Shown: in pieces, positions 63,269 to 64,000 of the stretch | How the letters are laid out: every line of letters starts with the position of its first letter | Position numbering within the stretch: position 1 is the first letter of the stretch | Assembly (NCBI GenBank): GCA_964599835.1 | Contig: CAZRHF010000001.1 | Location: 14,556-78,555 of the forward strand | Direction: 5' to 3' | DNA: 64,000 bases | Source: an uncultured Eubacteriales bacterium | GTDB taxonomy: Bacteria; Bacillota; Clostridia; Oscillospirales; Acutalibacteraceae | Translations under genes and position numbers: made by a program | The notes under the pieces: generated by a model | What the model saw: the letters and a program-made list of their open reading frames with translations, nothing else | Databases searched by the model: none | Told to the model about the DNA's origin: nothing

Positions 63269-64000
63269 TTATTTTTGTGCATAGAGTTCTTTTACAATTC
63301 TGTAAATTCGCTCGTTAGAGTCAGCTATCGCGCCTTCCTTGGCTTTTTTGCCCATCTCATATGCAACCTCTGGGTTCGAAAGAAGTTCTTCGACCGTTTT
63401 AATAAGAAGTTCTTCTGTAAGATCTTTTTCCTCAATTACAGTTGCAGCGCCCCTGTTTTTAAGGGTCATAGCGTTATGATATTGATGGTTTTCGGCAACA
63501 TAGGGAGAAGGAATGAGAATAGAAGCCTTTCCGCAAACCGAAAGTTCACTTAGAGTTATGGCTCCTGCACGGCATATAACGAGATCGGCCGCCGCCATAC
63601 AAATATCCATATCATCGATATATTCCCTGAGCTTTATCTCGTCGGAAAGCTTACCTGCCGTTTCGGACACGGTATTCTTCATATCCTCAAAGCCTGCCCG
63701 TCCTGCGGCATGAATATGGTAATACTTTCCCGAATTATTGTAGTATTTTATGAGGCCTGCAACCGCATCGTTTATCGGCTTGGCTCCAAGGCTTCCGCCA
63801 AAGGAAAGAATCAACGGACGCGAATCAAGCCCGAGTTTTTTTCTCGCAACTGCCCTGTCGGCTTCCAGGAGTTCTTTCCTCACTGGGTTTCCTACGTTAT
63901 CGGGTTCCCTGTTAAGCTTCATAAATTTTCTTGCTTCGGGCATTGCAAGCATTATTCTATCGACATCGGGTGAAAGTGCCTTGGTGGTAAGACCGGGAAA
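63269..64000 (-). CDS. murG: undecaprenyldiphospho-muramoylpentapeptide beta-N-acetylglucosaminyltransferase, 5' end beyond window
   Basis: GGSLGA..ICRAGAITLSE..PSPYVAENHQYHNA. The frame stays open upstream of the ORF-track Met (FPGLTTKALSPDVDRI MLAMPEA) to nt 64000. Confidence 0.9.
   Translation of the reverse strand, partial: FPGLTTKALSPDVDRIMLAMPEARKFMKLNREPDNVGNPVRKELLEADRAVARKKLGLDSRPLILSFGGSLGAKPINDAVAGLIKYYNNSGKYYHIHAAGRAGFEDMKNTVSETAGKLSDEIKLREYIDDMDICMAAADLVICRAGAITLSELSVCGKASILIPSPYVAENHQYHNAMTLKNRGAATVIEEKDLTEELLIKTVEELLSNPEVAYEMGKKAKEGAIADSNERIYRIVKELYAQK

Noticed and set aside
1-64000. Search for CRISPR arrays, IS elements, integrases, prophage or defence-island signatures, tRNA/rRNA genes and long direct or inverted repeats.
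   Set aside because: I found no spaced identical repeats, no transposase, recombinase or Cas-like ORFs, and no cloverleaf-capable intergenic segments. All gaps over 100 nt are AT-rich promoter or terminator regions. The two class-I aminotransferases (13218-14390 and 51478-52662) are diverged paralogues, not DNA repeats.

Overview
Dense chromosomal segment of a spore-forming Firmicute. It looks Clostridia-like because it carries spoIIR, ytfI/ytfJ-like genes, ctsR-mcsA-mcsB-clpC, scpAB, dnaG-rpoD and a murG-murA-ftsQ-ftsZ block. I call about 65 protein genes, two of them cut by the window edges. I saw no rRNA, tRNA, CRISPR array, transposase, integrase or prophage signature. All family calls come from reading motifs by eye; no searches were run.

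Most of the window is housekeeping: cell division, replication/transcription, the Clp stress operon, pyruvate kinase, aminotransferases, ispE and rpmE.

Accessory content:
- A maltodextrin-type ABC transporter plus malQ locus with an AraC regulator and a Gfo/Idh/MocA oxidoreductase.
- A GT2/GtrA surface-glycosylation pair.
- A fused MacB-type ABC transporter with a very large extracytoplasmic domain.
- A three-gene operon around a secreted nuclease.
- An ApbE gene next to a tandem-domain lipoprotein.
- **Best candidate for something undescribed:** a 12-kb, 11-gene, RpiR-linked operon at 34701-46649. It combines an orphan IolB / PfkB kinase / class II aldolase trio with three further sugar isomerases, a mutarotase, a second (FGGY) kinase and a flavoprotein / Fe-S / single-chain ETF redox module. 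I cannot map it onto any pathway I know.

Features not visible in the ORF track:
- A lysine riboswitch with promoter and terminator in front of the NhaC-family transporter. The track's 5' ORF extension there is an artefact.
- A 47-codon Cys/Gly-rich membrane micro-ORF between ctsR and ftsZ.
- Paired CtsR operators.
- A perfect 19-bp palindrome at the RpiR promoter.
- A 410-codon carboxyltransferase gene running off the left edge.
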